From Amoebophrya sp. A120 (taxonomy: Eukaryota; Protista; Dinoflagellata): a stretch of DNA of 64,000 bases. The notes under the pieces were generated by a model. The model ran no database searches and had not been told where the DNA came from. It saw only the letters and a list, made by a program, of their open reading frames with translations. Every line of letters starts with the position of its first letter. Within the stretch, counting starts at the first letter, position 1. The stretch covers positions 3,404,768 to 3,468,767 of the forward strand of contig CAJINV010000009.1 in the NCBI GenBank assembly GCA_905178155.1. Reading direction: 5' to 3'. This document shows positions 13,301 to 25,573 of the stretch, piece by piece. A program made the translations under genes and the position numbers.

Positions 13301-14190
13301 TCTGTGGGCGCGGGGGTGGTGCGAGAGGATCGATGGCGCGAGAGGGTGGCGCGAGAGGGTGGCGCGAGAGGGTGGCGCGAGAGGGTGACGCGAGAGGGTG
13401 GCGCGAGAGGGTGCGCGAGAGGGTGCGCGAGAGGGTGGCGCGAGAGGGTGGCGCGAGAGGGTGCGGGCCGACGCATGAAAAAGCCCCAAAAGAATCGACC
13501 CTGCGCCGGGCGGATTCGGCTTCTTTTAACCCTCTCGCAGACCCTCTTTTTCACCTCTCCGAGAGGTGTTGCTAACAATCCGGCTATACTCGCCGGTAGA
13601 GGTCTTCAGAGGTGGCCGAGAGGTGGCCCAGAGGGTGCGCGAGAGGTTCGCCCTTATTCGCGCAACCTCTCGGCACCTCTGTCCCCCTCTCGCTTACCCT
13701 CTCGGGACCCTCTCGGCCACCTCCGGGCCCCATAGGCGCGGCTTTAGGGCGAGTCCTTCGGCGGGCTATACTCGCGCACCCTCTCGGCCACCCTCTCGAA
13801 TGACCTCCCGCGCCACCTCTCCACCTCTGTCGACCTCTTTTTGACCTCTGTTGACCTCTTTTTTACCTCTCGGCCACCTCCCTTCGACCCTCTGTAGACT
13901 TCTTTTTTCGCATGAATATAATAGATAGTAATGCCCTGCCAGCTTTTTTCTGTGTGATAGAGCAAACTTGCTACGCCTATTTTCACGATGACGTGAATGC
14001 TCTCCCTGAAGAACAAGCAAATCAAGCGGAGGAAGACCCCCGGGCAAGCAGCAAGGACAGAATGGTGCGCACGATTTTGGCTGTTCTGCCCGAAGTCGTG
14101 CGGTACACCGAAAACGAGGACAAAGCTGCGGCGCCGGGATCTGTCGTCAAACTCGGCTTCTCGTCCGATGTCGAGAAATCCGGCGTGTGA
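10380..14190 (+). CDS. Uncharacterised protein, possible N-terminal signal sequence; interrupted by 6 introner introns
   Basis: One continuous frame after removing 10929, 11342, 11896, 12233, 12523 and 12831 (e.g. WIYNQPIR, IRARLASAP, FKRNCEQTCY); ends KSGV*. Confidence 0.75.
10929..11224. mobile_element. Degenerate family A introner
   Basis: TATCAACTGCAAACATCGATCTG...CAGATCGATAGTTGCAATGCATA; DR decayed (tttac/aaatc) but element+5 removal keeps frame. Confidence 0.8.
11342..11635. mobile_element. Introner-like TIR intron, family C
   Basis: DR ccgct; TATCATTTGTAAAAACG...CGTTTTTACTCAGGATA. Confidence 0.92.
11896..12149. mobile_element. Introner-like TIR intron, family A
   Basis: DR accga; family A TIR. 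Confidence 0.95.
12233..12469. mobile_element. Introner-like TIR intron, family F
   Basis: TATGAGAGTGC...GCACTCTCATA; DR ccctg/cccga; related to 40302-40520. Confidence 0.88.
12523..12737. mobile_element. Introner-like TIR intron, family I (short form, opposite orientation to 684)
   Basis: DR tcgat; TATGCAAGAAAAAAACT...AGTTGTTTTCCTGGATA. Confidence 0.92.
12979..13925 (-). mobile_element. Non-autonomous Helitron-like element
   Basis: Minus strand reads A|TCTATTATAT...CTGG|T; 8-bp-stem GC hairpin (12987-13006) 8 nt from the 3' end; no TSD; internal minisatellite. Confidence 0.7.
13336..13463 (+). repeat. 13-bp minisatellite (GCGCGAGAGGGTG)n
   Basis: About 10 near-perfect units; reverse-complement-like units at about 13665-13890. 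Confidence 0.9.
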
Positions 14191-15539
14191 CCGGCGAGGA
14201 CCGGCGGTCGCTTGTATAATCCGAATACTGGTGTACTACAACACAGTCTGACAAGAGCATGAGCAAAGTACTCAGCTCCTTGCACTTCTTCAGTTTTTGA
14301 CTTGATCATCATCAATAACGCCCTAGCTTTGGTCTTTCACAATACGTCGAATTTTTATACGCGCTAAAGGTAATAATTGTAATTGAATTTCACCTTCAAC
14401 ACTGAGAAGATCATTTACTGATTTCTGCATTATTTTTCAATACTAATGCGGGTTTTCAAAACTCCGCAGTGTTCGAACCTGCTGCAGGACCCGGATCTGC
14501 TACAGTTTGCAGAAAACTGGCACCGTGCTTGTTGCGCGCATGCCAGTAAAGGTTGTGTATGTTTAGCGTCTGTATGTGAAAACGTGATTCTGAACAGCAA
14601 TCGCACTAAGCGTGCCTCATGATCGACAGTTTTGATGCAGGTCGCAGTTGTTGTGATCGAGCAGGAGGATGAGATGTATTAAACCACGATAGTGAGTAGA
14701 CTTTGGAGTCGTGGAGTAGATGAAAACACCAGCATGTTCGACGTGAGATTCACTGGTGAGAGAAAACATGGAGAGACGCCGAGATTGTATGGCTTCAAAG
14801 AAATCGTGAAGATTTTTGTCAGAACAAGATTTTAAACCAAAATCTTGAACGACCAGGCCCCAAGAATTTCGAAACTTTTGTATACTGAGTATCATTTATT
14901 TTCGTGTGCATGGATTGCTATTTTTCCTCTTCGTATTTCAGCGTCGCAAACGAATCGTGTAGAAGAAGTAAAGTTCTTGCGAAGGACTAGTATATGAAGA
15001 ATTCGTGAGCATGTATCAACCTTCATCTATGTTGACATAAACCGTAAAAATAAGAAGTACTAACTTCGTTGTCCGCAACATCGATGCTGGTCATGACACC
15101 TGACAGCATGATGAAGGACGAGTACGTAGAATCTACTGAGGGCACGACTATGAGAGATGCTCATCACGTTGGAGAGGCGAGGGAAATCGAAATCAGAGGG
15201 AGGAGTTGGAGTAGAGCACCTGGCGGTACTAAAGGTCATCTTTTCATCCGCTCTGTCTGCACCAGCGTCGTCGTATGTCGTGCAGTGAAAATAAAGAAAG
15301 AACCTTCTCAGAACTACAAGTGTTGTACTAGGAGGGAAAAATTTATTACTTCCACTACAACTACGAGGACACAACTGTCGCGGTCCTCTCGTGAAGATCG
15401 AAATAAGAACTACAGCTTGTTGAAAATAAAGATTATAAACCGGCGGAAAAAGAAAATAAACGACGGGTTCTCGTCTTCACTTTCTAGCAGCTTTTTTTTC
15501 GCAGCTATCCAATTTGTTTTCCGACAAATTATCCTCATT

Positions 15540-18500
15540 ATGTCCTCTGGTCCGATGAATGTCACGTGCACGTGGCGCAACGTCACGGATTATCAAATGT
15601 AGAAATGTCTGGGTCTGGAAGAATGCAACTTGTCATGCTAAATCTGAATCAGGCAAAAAACTGTGTTGCATGATTGCCAAAAGTTGTACACTTTTGACCT
15701 AATCGAGAGGCAGTTTCTCATGCGGGATAGGCATTGGAAAGGTTTCGCAGAATCTGTCATGCTATGTCCTACATACCAGACCTCATGGGTTATGGAAAAA
15801 CTGCATGACAAATCTGGCAATCTTCCAGACCCAGACATTTTTACAATCCATACGGATGAGATCATCCTGGACGCGGTTTTCGGCTCGAGTCTGGCCATAT
15901 GAACTGCAAAAGTATTGTACTCGTAGGAATTATCGCAGTCACGCATTACAAATGATTTTCTTATGTGAACCCGCATTGCAAAATTTTATTTCTCATGCTG
16001 AGGATATTTGTCATGCGATTCATACTGGTGCGATACTTTTGCAATGCATAGGCCACCGAATTCCGCATGGACCCGAGGTTTTTTACCACCGAGGATAGCG
16101 GCGGAAATAGTACGACGACCGCGTTGCGCGAGTTGGAGGAAGGCGGAGAGGCTGGTGGTGGTACAAGTTCTTCCGCAGGAGGACAACTGGCATCATCGTC
16201 GTCCGCAGGACCAGGGGCGACTACATTAGAAGAAGCAGCACCTGGTGGTGGTCCGGAACGAAAGTCAATATCAGGCTCAGCTGGCTCGTCTGGGAATGAT
16301 ATTACCACTAATGCTCAGACAAAGACGTCATCTTCAACTTCATCTTCTTCTTCACGGGCGGGAGGCGCTCTAGTTGACGGGGTGGTACCACGGGAAGTAG
16401 TGGAACAGAATAGTCAAGAACATGGCGGCGAGAAGATGTCGCCCCTCACTTCTGGCGCGCCGGGAATAAAGTCCAGCAGTAGTAGTGCTAGTACCAGTGG
16501 TGCTTTAGATTCGACAACGTCCTTTGGAGGAAGCAGCGACTCAACACGACCCTCCGCAGGGACAACTACTTCTGATAATGTCTTCAAGCGAGGTAGTAGT
16601 TCATCAACAGCACTTCCCTCCCCTACCTCTCTGCAGCAAGACTACTACTACCCCCAAAACAAATTGTTCCGAGCAGGCGACGTGGATATAAATCTGCAGG
16701 GAAGTAGTAATAGTAGAATACACGACGTCAACTTCAACACTGCGGGAAACAGCTACTTTCGTCAGTACAAAAGACCCCGGATCGAGATTAACGAAAAACG
16801 AGCTTTCGACTGGACGCCCTTCAACCCGCCGAAGATTGTTCATCAAGCTACATCGGCAAGCAGTTCTTCTAGTACAGGGGCTACTACAGATTCGACCCCT
16901 GCGTCAACCAGTGGGAACACCCCGCCAGGAGTACTGCTGACGACCAAAGGATCACAGCTGAAACTGCCATTTGGAGTCGGGTTGAACCAGCCGAAAGCTT
17001 CTACGTCTGAAGGAGCTACTACTTCTTCGTCCTTTTGGCCACCATCGTCATCGTCATCATCACCATCTTCAGCCACGACTTCATCCTCGTCCACTGGTGG
17101 TGTTGTCCCCGGAACCGGCGCAGCGACAAGCAGTAGGAGCTCTACTTTCTCTACTGCTCCCACTTCGACTGGCAGATTTGTTTCAGAATACGAGAAAGAG
17201 CAAAGCGATTTTTTTCTCAACAACGGCGGAACTGGAAACAGCAATAAATTCGCACCAGCTGCACACAACTACAATAAGCAGATTGAAATCCGTCCGGGGC
17301 GATATGACGTGGAGATCATGAAGCAATCAGACGCTTATCAAATCATCAAGGAATCTCGAGCGGACACGACGTTTCACCCGCAGTCGTTTTGGAGAACGAT
17401 ACCGTGGAAAAGACGGAAGGGGCAGATGATGATGAGCACTTCCAAGCGGTTTGAAGCGAATCTTTTGCTAGATGACATTGGAGGTGGATCTTCAGCAGCG
17501 TCAACTACCATGAAAAACCTGCAAATCGGGGGCAGTAGCAGCAGCTCTTCGATACCCGCGGCCTTGCTGCAAGACGGGCACAGTGCATCAAATACGCCCA
17601 CAACGTCTACTAGTGCAGCTGTCGTTGAGGATTATAGTGCAGCTTCTTTGTCCTCGTTAACGACCACAGAAGAACTCGACCCCGAGCAGTCTTCTACTTC
17701 CGACCGGTTACTCCAAGACAGCAGCAACTCCACCGATTCCGGCGACACGTTTCAATTCCCAACCAACGTACAACAACCGACAACGACGACCACCACTACC
17801 ACCACCCCCTGGCCGGGGCCGAGCTATGACAGTATTACCTCGCATCCACAGTACGACGCGGAAAAGATTTACGACTGGTTGAACCCCCGATTGCACGAGG
17901 CACAGAACAAAAACGAGCCAACGCTGGTGATTCAAAACACGGACTACCCTCTCGCCGCGTTCCGCTGTTACGGACCAAACGGCTTTGTCGCGAGCACAAG
18001 TACGACCACAACGACCACGAGGTTCAGCACTTCTTCCTCCTCGGGAAGCAGCTCCGGTTCTGTTCAGATCGGCGCCAGCGTTGCGAGCGCGCCGAGGAGA
18101 TCCTTGGAGCAGCTGCTTGGGATAAAAACTACTACCGAGAGAACAAAATCTTCTTCTTCTTCTTTCGCAGAAAATAATTATAACTCGCCGTGGTTCTACA
18201 ACGACCCAGATGATGTTCAGCGGTACAGCTACCCGGAGGAGGATTCTTTCAGCTACTACTACGCGGATCCAAACAATCTAAAACACGGTCGCTACCTCTT
18301 CGGCCACACGGCGGCAGACCGGGCGTCGCAAATGCCGGTGGGCGAGTCCGCGCCCCCCGAAGACCCCTCAGATGGGGACTGGTCGGTGAATGCAACGCAC
18401 GGCTACAAGCCGCACTGTTTGCGGGAGCGGTGTTTGCAAGACGTCGATCCCAACGCGGTTTCTGTTTCGCAGTCCAACATGATGGACTGCGCGGCGCTGA

Positions 18501-21500
18501 ACTGCCTGCAGTGCAAAACCTTCACCAACATGACCTGCACGGTGTGCTTGGCCTACACTTTAGGGCGCCCGGAATTTTTCTGCATGCACAACGAGGACGT
18601 GTGTGCGGATTTGCGATACGCAAGACCTTTCACCGATTCGGTGGAAATTAACGGTCAGTGCCCGGACGAGGAGTTGCGGTTGATTATCGGCGACAACAAT
18701 TTAGGCGTCGTTATCTTGTGTAAAAACGTCCCCACCCCATAGTCACGTTGGTAAATCTGCAACACAAATCTTCAAGTTTTGGGAGTTTTGCATGACAAGT
18801 TTCCATCTGTAGCGTCGTGCTGTCTAGCAAAGTCAGCCGCATCAGAAAGCCAGCCTCTCATCCTGTTTACAGCATGACAAAGTCCAAAACACGATTGGAA
18901 ATGCCTCTCATGCAGATCCGCATTACAAATGTTCCTGTCATTGCATATTTGCATCACAACTCTGGAGTGGGGACGTTTTTACTCAGGATAGTCGTCCCCG
19001 TGAATATCACCGTGAACACGACCGCGCCGAAGGACTGGAAGAACCCGATCGTCCCGGACATTTTCACCCCGCAGTACCTTTATCACAAGGAAAAACCCCC
19101 CCTCCCCATATCAAACGGAAGTTTCTGATGCTGGATTTGCGTATACAAATCAGGTTTGTCTTGCAGTAGAGGACTGCAGGCCCCTGCCAAGCCTGAGTAG
19201 AGAGGTTTTGGCCTAGGCGTTTAGCATGAGAAACTTCTATGCTGTAGGCCCAACAGCATCACAAACCGCCTGCATAATGCGGCAGAGCCTGTGGAGTTGT
19301 CTTCTTGCAAGACAGACGCGATTTGTGGTCTCAAATCAGCAAGACAAATTTTCGGAAACATACATTTTCGATATGGGGAGGGGGGATTTTTCCTCTCAAT
19401 AACCTTCCCTACATTTTCGGGGGTATCTCCGCGCCGTTCGTCGTCTTCATCGTGTTCTTCATTTACGGGAGGTACCGGAAGATGATCGAACGGTTAAAAA
19501 CCTTCAACGCCGACGGCATGGCGAATCCGGAGGTGGCGCAAGGGGATTTCACCAAGTTGAAAAGGGTAGAAATTCATCAGGTTTATTTTCAAAACAGCAT
19601 CCAGAATGTTGAAGTGTTTTTTACTCCAGTCGTGCCTGCATTGAAGATTCTCATCCATCAAATCACTGGTGTATCTCTGGGTCACAAGAAGTGCAGCTTA
19701 CTACTCTGATGTCACTTCTCATCACCGCAGGACAGACCAGATTTGTTGTACTGTTGCTAAACTTACAAAAATCTTCAAAATTCACCAAAAACAATATACT
19801 ACTTTCAGTTCTTCGTCGAGTTTTTGGAGGATTTCCTGGAAAAGTCGAAGCAGAGCTTATCAAGGAGAAAAATCCCCCCTCCCCATATCAAAACGGAAAT
19901 CTGTGATGCAGCTTTGTGGCCACAAATCAGCTTTGTCATGCTGGAAGGGAAGAGCTGCGGACTATAGTGCTGACTGGCGCAGGAATGCCATGCGTCTTCA
20001 GCATGACAGCAAGCAACTGGAAACGGGAAACAGCATGACAAATTTCCTCCAAACGAGGGAACAACTGCGTCTCTTAGCCTTCTAGCAATACAAATCGACT
20101 TGTGTACTGAAATACAGCAATACAAGTCTCGTTTTCGATATGGGGAGGGGGGTTTTTCCTCACAATAGGGGTGGGACGAGGAGATCCAGGATTTGAAAGA
20201 GTTCGAGCACCGCAGTATCCCATGTAAAAACGTCCCCACCCCAGAGTCAAGATGGGAAATCTGCAACACAAGTCTCCAAGTTCTGGGAGTTCTGCATGGC
20301 AAGTTTCTATCTGCAGTGTAATGCTGGTTAGGAAGGAAATCCGCATGAGAAAGCCACTTTCCCATCCTGTTTGCAGCCCTACAAATCCCAAAACACGATT
20401 GGAAATGCCTCTCATGGAGAGGCGCATTACAAACGTTTTCTGTAATTGTACATCTGCATGACAACTCTGGGGTCGTGGGGACGTCTTTGCACAGGATACG
20501 CAGCGAAAAGTGCCGGCGGCAGTTGGCGGTGTTCCGCAAAACACTGAAATTCCGGCGGGAGAACATGATCTCCGCGAAGCATCTGAACCTGATCGCGAAG
20601 TACATGCGGGTCATGCCCTACCTCTGCCTCCACCTCCACTGCGACTGGTACGAGTCCGACGAGAAGACGCTGCAGGCGCTCTGCAACGTGATCCGCCTGA
20701 GTTTCTCTTCCGAGTCGCTGAAGTTGTACAAGATCAAGTGCCGGGTCTCGTTCGAGCACGACACGCTGAAATTTCCCCCTTCCATGAACGCGCAGGGGCG
20801 ATCCTCCGTGGACGACATCGCGGAATTGCTGTTTTTCAACCCCAGTGTGAACCGTTTGAAGGTGATGAACGCGATGGACATTCGGCTGGAGAAAAAGCAA
20901 CGGGAGAAGTCCGCGTGGTACCGCCAGTATTACCGAAAGTACGTCGCGCCAACACTGGACGGCATCGTCCCCGGAGCTTCCGGCAGACGCGGCTCCCGGG
21001 GCAACTACAAGGTGTCGCCCGAAGACGATTCGGAGTCGTTGCAACTAGCGATAGAAAACGGGGAGGCGTTCATCGACGAAGCGACCGGCGAGGTTGTTTA
21101 CACCGACGAGGCGGATGCGATGCACCACAACAAAAAGGAGCGGAGAAACAACCAAAAGAACAGTCTACTGACGATCATCACCGGGGAAAACCCCTGGGAC
21201 CCGGTGGATTTGTACAAATTGCGGCAATTGACGACCGGCCGGGTGTATGAACTGCAAAAGTATCGTACTCGTATAAATGCATGACAAATTCCCTCCGCAT
21301 GAGAAATAAAATTTGTAATGCGGATTTCCCTAGAGAAAAGAATTTGTAATGCAAGCCTTGCATTTATACGAGTACGATACTTTTGCACAGGATAGGGTGG
21401 ACACGAAGGAGATGAACTTCGGACTCATCGGGTCGTGCTGCTACTTTATGGATTGTAAAAATGTCTGGGTCTGGAAGATTCTTACATTTGTCATGCATGT

Positions 21501-23756
21501 CTGACATGACTCGAGAATCTGTGATGCATGGGTACGAAAAGGCTCTCTGATCTGTCATGTAAAAACGTTGTTTCTCATGCGGAATACGCAACACATAGCA
21601 GCTCAAAAATTTGTCATGCCTGGCTGCGTATTGCAGTCCAGCTATCATCCACTTTTAGCATTACAAGTTTCCAGACCCAGACATTTTTACATTTGATATA
21701 CTTGGGCGCTTTAAAAGCGTTGCGGAACTTGCGGGTGCTGCGGTTGAGAGATTGCAATTTGAACGACGGCGTGGCGGACACGTTGTTAAAGTTGCTGAAG
21801 CGGTGCAAGTTGGTGCAACTCGTTCTGTCCAACAACTATTTCGGAGATGCGTTGATGAAGAAGATGATCGTCTACTTCGAGGACCGCGCGCATTCCGAGG
21901 ATTTGAAACTCTTGCAAGTCGACAAAAACATGATCCGGGGAAACGGTTTTCGCGAGTGGCGGTCCGACGATTTCGAGGAGCAGATCACCATCGACGAACT
22001 CTGTCTCGGCACGGAGTTCTTCGGCAACCCCTTGCTCGGGGATAAGGGCGTAACGAATCTGGTCCGGTCTTTGCAATTCGAGATTGAGCAGTTCAAGTTG
22101 GACCAGGTGAAGAAACCAACGGATGAAGACGACGCGGAGAACAGCTTCTCCGACGAATCCGCCGGGAACAACTCGCCGAACAACGCGAAAGCGAAAAAGA
22201 AATTTCAGATCAAGAAGCTGATGCGCAAGGTCGCACGACGAAACCAGCGAGGGACCAGTCAGGACGCCAAGAAATTGGAACAAACGCAGCAGTCGAGCTC
22301 CAGTGAGGAACCGCAGAAGAAAAAGGAGGACGACCCGCAGCCGATCGCGAAGCCGGTCAAGTGGAAGTTCAAGTGTCTCCGGGCGTTGCGGCTGTGCCAC
22401 TGTCGGCTGACGGTGAAGGGCGCAAAAGCCGTCGCGAACTACATCTGCCATCCCTCGGCGCTGCCGTTAAAGATCCTCGCTTTGGACGGCAACGCGATCA
22501 AGGACGACGGGCTGGAGTTTTTGATGAAGGGGTTTTGCCAGCGGTTGAAGATCCGGCAGGGCGGGGCGCACGCCGCGACCGCGGCGCAGGCGAAAAAAGT
22601 GGTGTCGGATTTGGATGATATTGACGAGGAGGAACAGAAGCGGTTGGATGAGGAGAACGAAGACAAGGAGTTTGAAATGGCGGCGGCCGCGGGTACCTCC
22701 ATGCTGGATATGGACATCACCGAGGAATACGTGTTGCACCAATGCGAGAGAAAAGCGGTGGGTGCGGATCCCGTGTTGGAGGAGCTAGGGTTAAACGACT
22801 GCTTGCTGACCGACGCGAGTCTGAACATGCTGATGATCTTCATCCGGACAGAGAGGTTGGATCTGGTAATATCAAAAGGAAAAATCTCCCCTCCCCAGAT
22901 CAAAAGGAAATTTCTTATGCTGGATTTGCGTACACAAATCAAATCTGTGTTGCAGTATAGGATTGCAGTCCATATCAAGCCTAAGTGGAAGGGTTTTGAC
23001 GTAGACGCGTAGCACGGAAAATGTGTACATTGTAGGCCGCATGGCATCACAAACCGCCTGCATCTGTGGCGGAGTCGCTGGATTGGCCTTCTTGCAATAC
23101 AGAGACGATTTGTGGTCGCCAATCAGCATCACAAATTTTCAGAAGTGCCCGTTTTTGGTATCGAGAGGGGGGACTTTTCCTCACGATAGGTAAGACTGGG
23201 CGGAATGAACCCGATGTCGACGCAGATGCGGAAAGACATTCACATATCCTGAGTAAAAACGGCCCCACCCCATAGTTGTCATGCAGATTTGCGATTACAG
23301 GAAGATTTGTAATGCGCATCTCCATGAGAGAGAGAGAGAGGCATTTCCAATCACGTTTTGGAATTTGTAATGCTGTAAACAGGATAAGCAGATGAATTTG
23401 TGATGCGGCTGCACTTGCTAAACTGCACTACACTACGGACTGGAATTTGTCATGCGTGGCTCCCAAAGCTTCTGGGTTTGTATTGCTAAGTATGGGGTAA
23501 GGACGTTTTTACATATGATATCACAACCACAACATGGAGGTTGCGAAGATCCGGAACGTGAACCGCGGATATCCTGTGCAAAAGTATCGTACTCGTACAA
23601 ATGCAAGTTTAGCATTACAAATCTTTTTCTTGAGGGAAATCTGCATTACAAATTTTATTTCTCATGCTGGGGAAAGTTGTAATGCATTTATACGAGTACG
23701 ATACTTTTGCAGTGCATAGCGGATTCATCACCGCAAAAGTACCCGTGATGTTCTAG
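15540..23756 (+). CDS. Large single-pass membrane protein: Ser/Thr-rich region, Cys-rich segment, TM helix, ribonuclease-inhibitor-like LRRs; 11 introner introns
   Basis: Continuous frame after removing 11 elements and one GT-AG intron (about 19566-19808); TM YIFGGISAPFVVFIVFFIYG followed by RYRK; LRRs LRVLRLRDCNL, LVQLVLSNNYF, LKILALDGNAI, LEELGLNDCLL. True start may be upstream. Confidence 0.82.
15591..15852. mobile_element. Introner-like TIR intron, family A
   Basis: DR cggat; family A TIR. Confidence 0.95.
15898..16050. mobile_element. Introner-like TIR intron, family B
   Basis: DR ggcca; family B TIR. Confidence 0.95.
18712..18990. mobile_element. Introner-like TIR intron, family C
   Basis: DR gtcgt; TATCTTGTGTAAAAACGTCCCCAC...GTGGGGACGTTTTTACTCAGGATA. 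Confidence 0.95.
19081..19401. mobile_element. Introner-like TIR intron, family D
   Basis: DR acctt; arms ...CCCCCTCCCCATATC / GATATGGGGAGGGGG...; TAT and ATA ends. Confidence 0.95.
19858..20167. mobile_element. Introner-like TIR intron, family D
   Basis: DR partly decayed (gagct/ggggt); restores Q-S-W-D-E. Confidence 0.9.
20216..20498. mobile_element. Introner-like TIR intron, family C
   Basis: DR cgcag; family C TIR. Confidence 0.95.
21246..21394. mobile_element. Introner-like TIR intron, family B (opposite orientation to 1878)
   Basis: DR gggtg; TATGAACTGCAAAAG...CTTTTGCACAGGATA. Confidence 0.95.
21447..21698. mobile_element. Introner-like TIR intron, family A
   Basis: DR tactt; family A TIR. 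Confidence 0.95.
22870..23188. mobile_element. Introner-like TIR intron, family D
   Basis: DR ggtaa; family D TIR. Confidence 0.93.
23245..23520. mobile_element. Introner-like TIR intron, family C (opposite orientation to 18712)
   Basis: DR tcaca; internal (GA)n expansion at about 23326-23341. Confidence 0.93.
23570..23718. mobile_element. Introner-like TIR intron, family B
   Basis: DR gcgga; family B TIR. Confidence 0.95.
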
Positions 23757-25573
23757 GGAGGAGGAGGAGGTGGTTGGCTGAAGATGTTGGACTGATAAGG
23801 CGCGGAAAAAGTGCTACTGCTTGTACTTTACCATGTAGTACACTAGAGCTTCAAGAAAAAGAATTCAAAAACTGCAAATCCAAATTTTCTTTACTTATCA
23901 ATCTATCACGAGCGACTGATTTTTTGACACTGACGGAACTAACCGTGTACCGAGCTTTTACTTTAATTTACTTTACTTCGCAAGATGAAAATCTGTTATA
24001 CCTCAAAAACGCTTAGAATCTTGATAATAGATACGCATTTAGACCAGAAGAACTAGTAACACCCGAATCGTACTACCGATTCTGGGCCTGTCGTTCCTAT
24101 CGTGCTCTACCACCAAGGGCCGCAGGGTAGTAAGCACATTCATCTTCAGTAAGCAAGATATACAGAATCAGCGCTGTCGTGCGCGGAAGTGATAAACCAA
24201 TCGTGCAAGAAGCGCGTAGCAGAGAGCTGCATTTATGCTTTTGAACAACAGAAAGCTCCTTTGCTAAGGGAAATAAGTACCTTTTCAAGCGTGCATGAGA
24301 AGAAAAAGACTACAACAACCGATGAAGTTTGTTAAGAATTTACCCTTGGAGAAGTCGTGCAAGCCTTAATACAGTTCCAGTACAAAATCAAACAAATCAA
24401 CGTCAATCTAGACCCAATTTTTTACCAATTCTTCAACAAAGTAAGCGCCCAGAACTTTACGAATCGCGTATTAGAATTTTATCACCATGTGCTTTAGGGT
24501 GATAAAGTACAGTAAGTATTTACGAACTCTGCTCCTGCATTAAGGAGGGAGGAGGGACAAGAAGAAGAGAACAGCTAAGTAGCTAGCCCCTGCTCGTCTC
24601 GCCCTCGCGTTGACCACAGCGAGACACTTGCACCAAGCAGAGTTTGGTGCATACCACTCTGCTTGAGGACGAAATAGGAGAACACGAGGTGAGTACAACT
24701 TAGCAGTCGGCGCTACCTCCAGATGAACTCTACCCAGATGATGACCTGTATTTGCTGTTTTTCAAAAATTTGTATATAATTGCTGTGAAATTAGACAAAA
24801 ATCTTGGACTCGTCCTGTAGAACAAGACGAGTCCAGACGGATCCGATTGACTCTGAAATAAATCAACGAATCATGTTGTTCACTTCATACAGTGTCATGC
24901 ACCAGGACGAAGGATACAGGCCAGCTGTTTCCTCGTCTGCTTATGCGGTGAAGATCATGATTATGTGCTGATACAAAAAAATTGTTGTAGGTCTTAACAC
25001 TTGCTCCTGATGAAATAGAAATGTTGGATGCAGTTCCAGTAGTTGATCTTGATGTGGTTCAATGAGAGCTCTGAAAGAACAAGCGAAAAACCAGATCCAG
25101 TTCTTGCCTCTGAGTGAAGTGTAGCCGTGCAACAACATCCCCCGATCGCGATCCAAAAGGCGAGTCGTTTGGACGAGTTCTGTCGCTTTCGTTCCTCACA
25201 ATAAAGATCTCTCCCTGCAGCTCTGTTACGATCTAAATATACTCTGCAGAGATAGAAGGAGCAGACGCAGAGCTGCTTGCCACGGCCGCGATCGCAGATT
25301 CGGAAACATCATCGTCTAGCTCTGCAATGGGTTATTTCCAGTACATGTCATCCTCCTCTTCTTCAGTGACTCGGTTCTCTCTGTCGCTATGATAGAAAGT
25401 GCTATTCCATCATTTCCATGAACTGCAACAGGATGAAGACAGAAGCTGCACATAGATAGCTGCCATTCACTTTTTTCTTCACGCACATCTTCTTTCGAAA
25501 AACAGATTATGATACGGCTGCTTGCCGTTGCCACCAGTGAATAGAGAACAGAGCAGTAGCTGTCCAAGAAATT

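Larger units (their letters stand above)
12831..13959. mobile_element. Introner-like TIR intron, family J, carrying a nested Helitron-like element
   Basis: DR gagca; TATCACACAGAAAAAA...TTTTTTCTGTGTGATA; restores C-E-Q-T-C. Confidence 0.92.

Noticed and set aside
12778-13844. Overlapping Arg/Gly-rich ORFs as a possible transposase
   Set aside because: They arise from the GC-rich minisatellite; no DDE, HUH or helicase motifs are visible.
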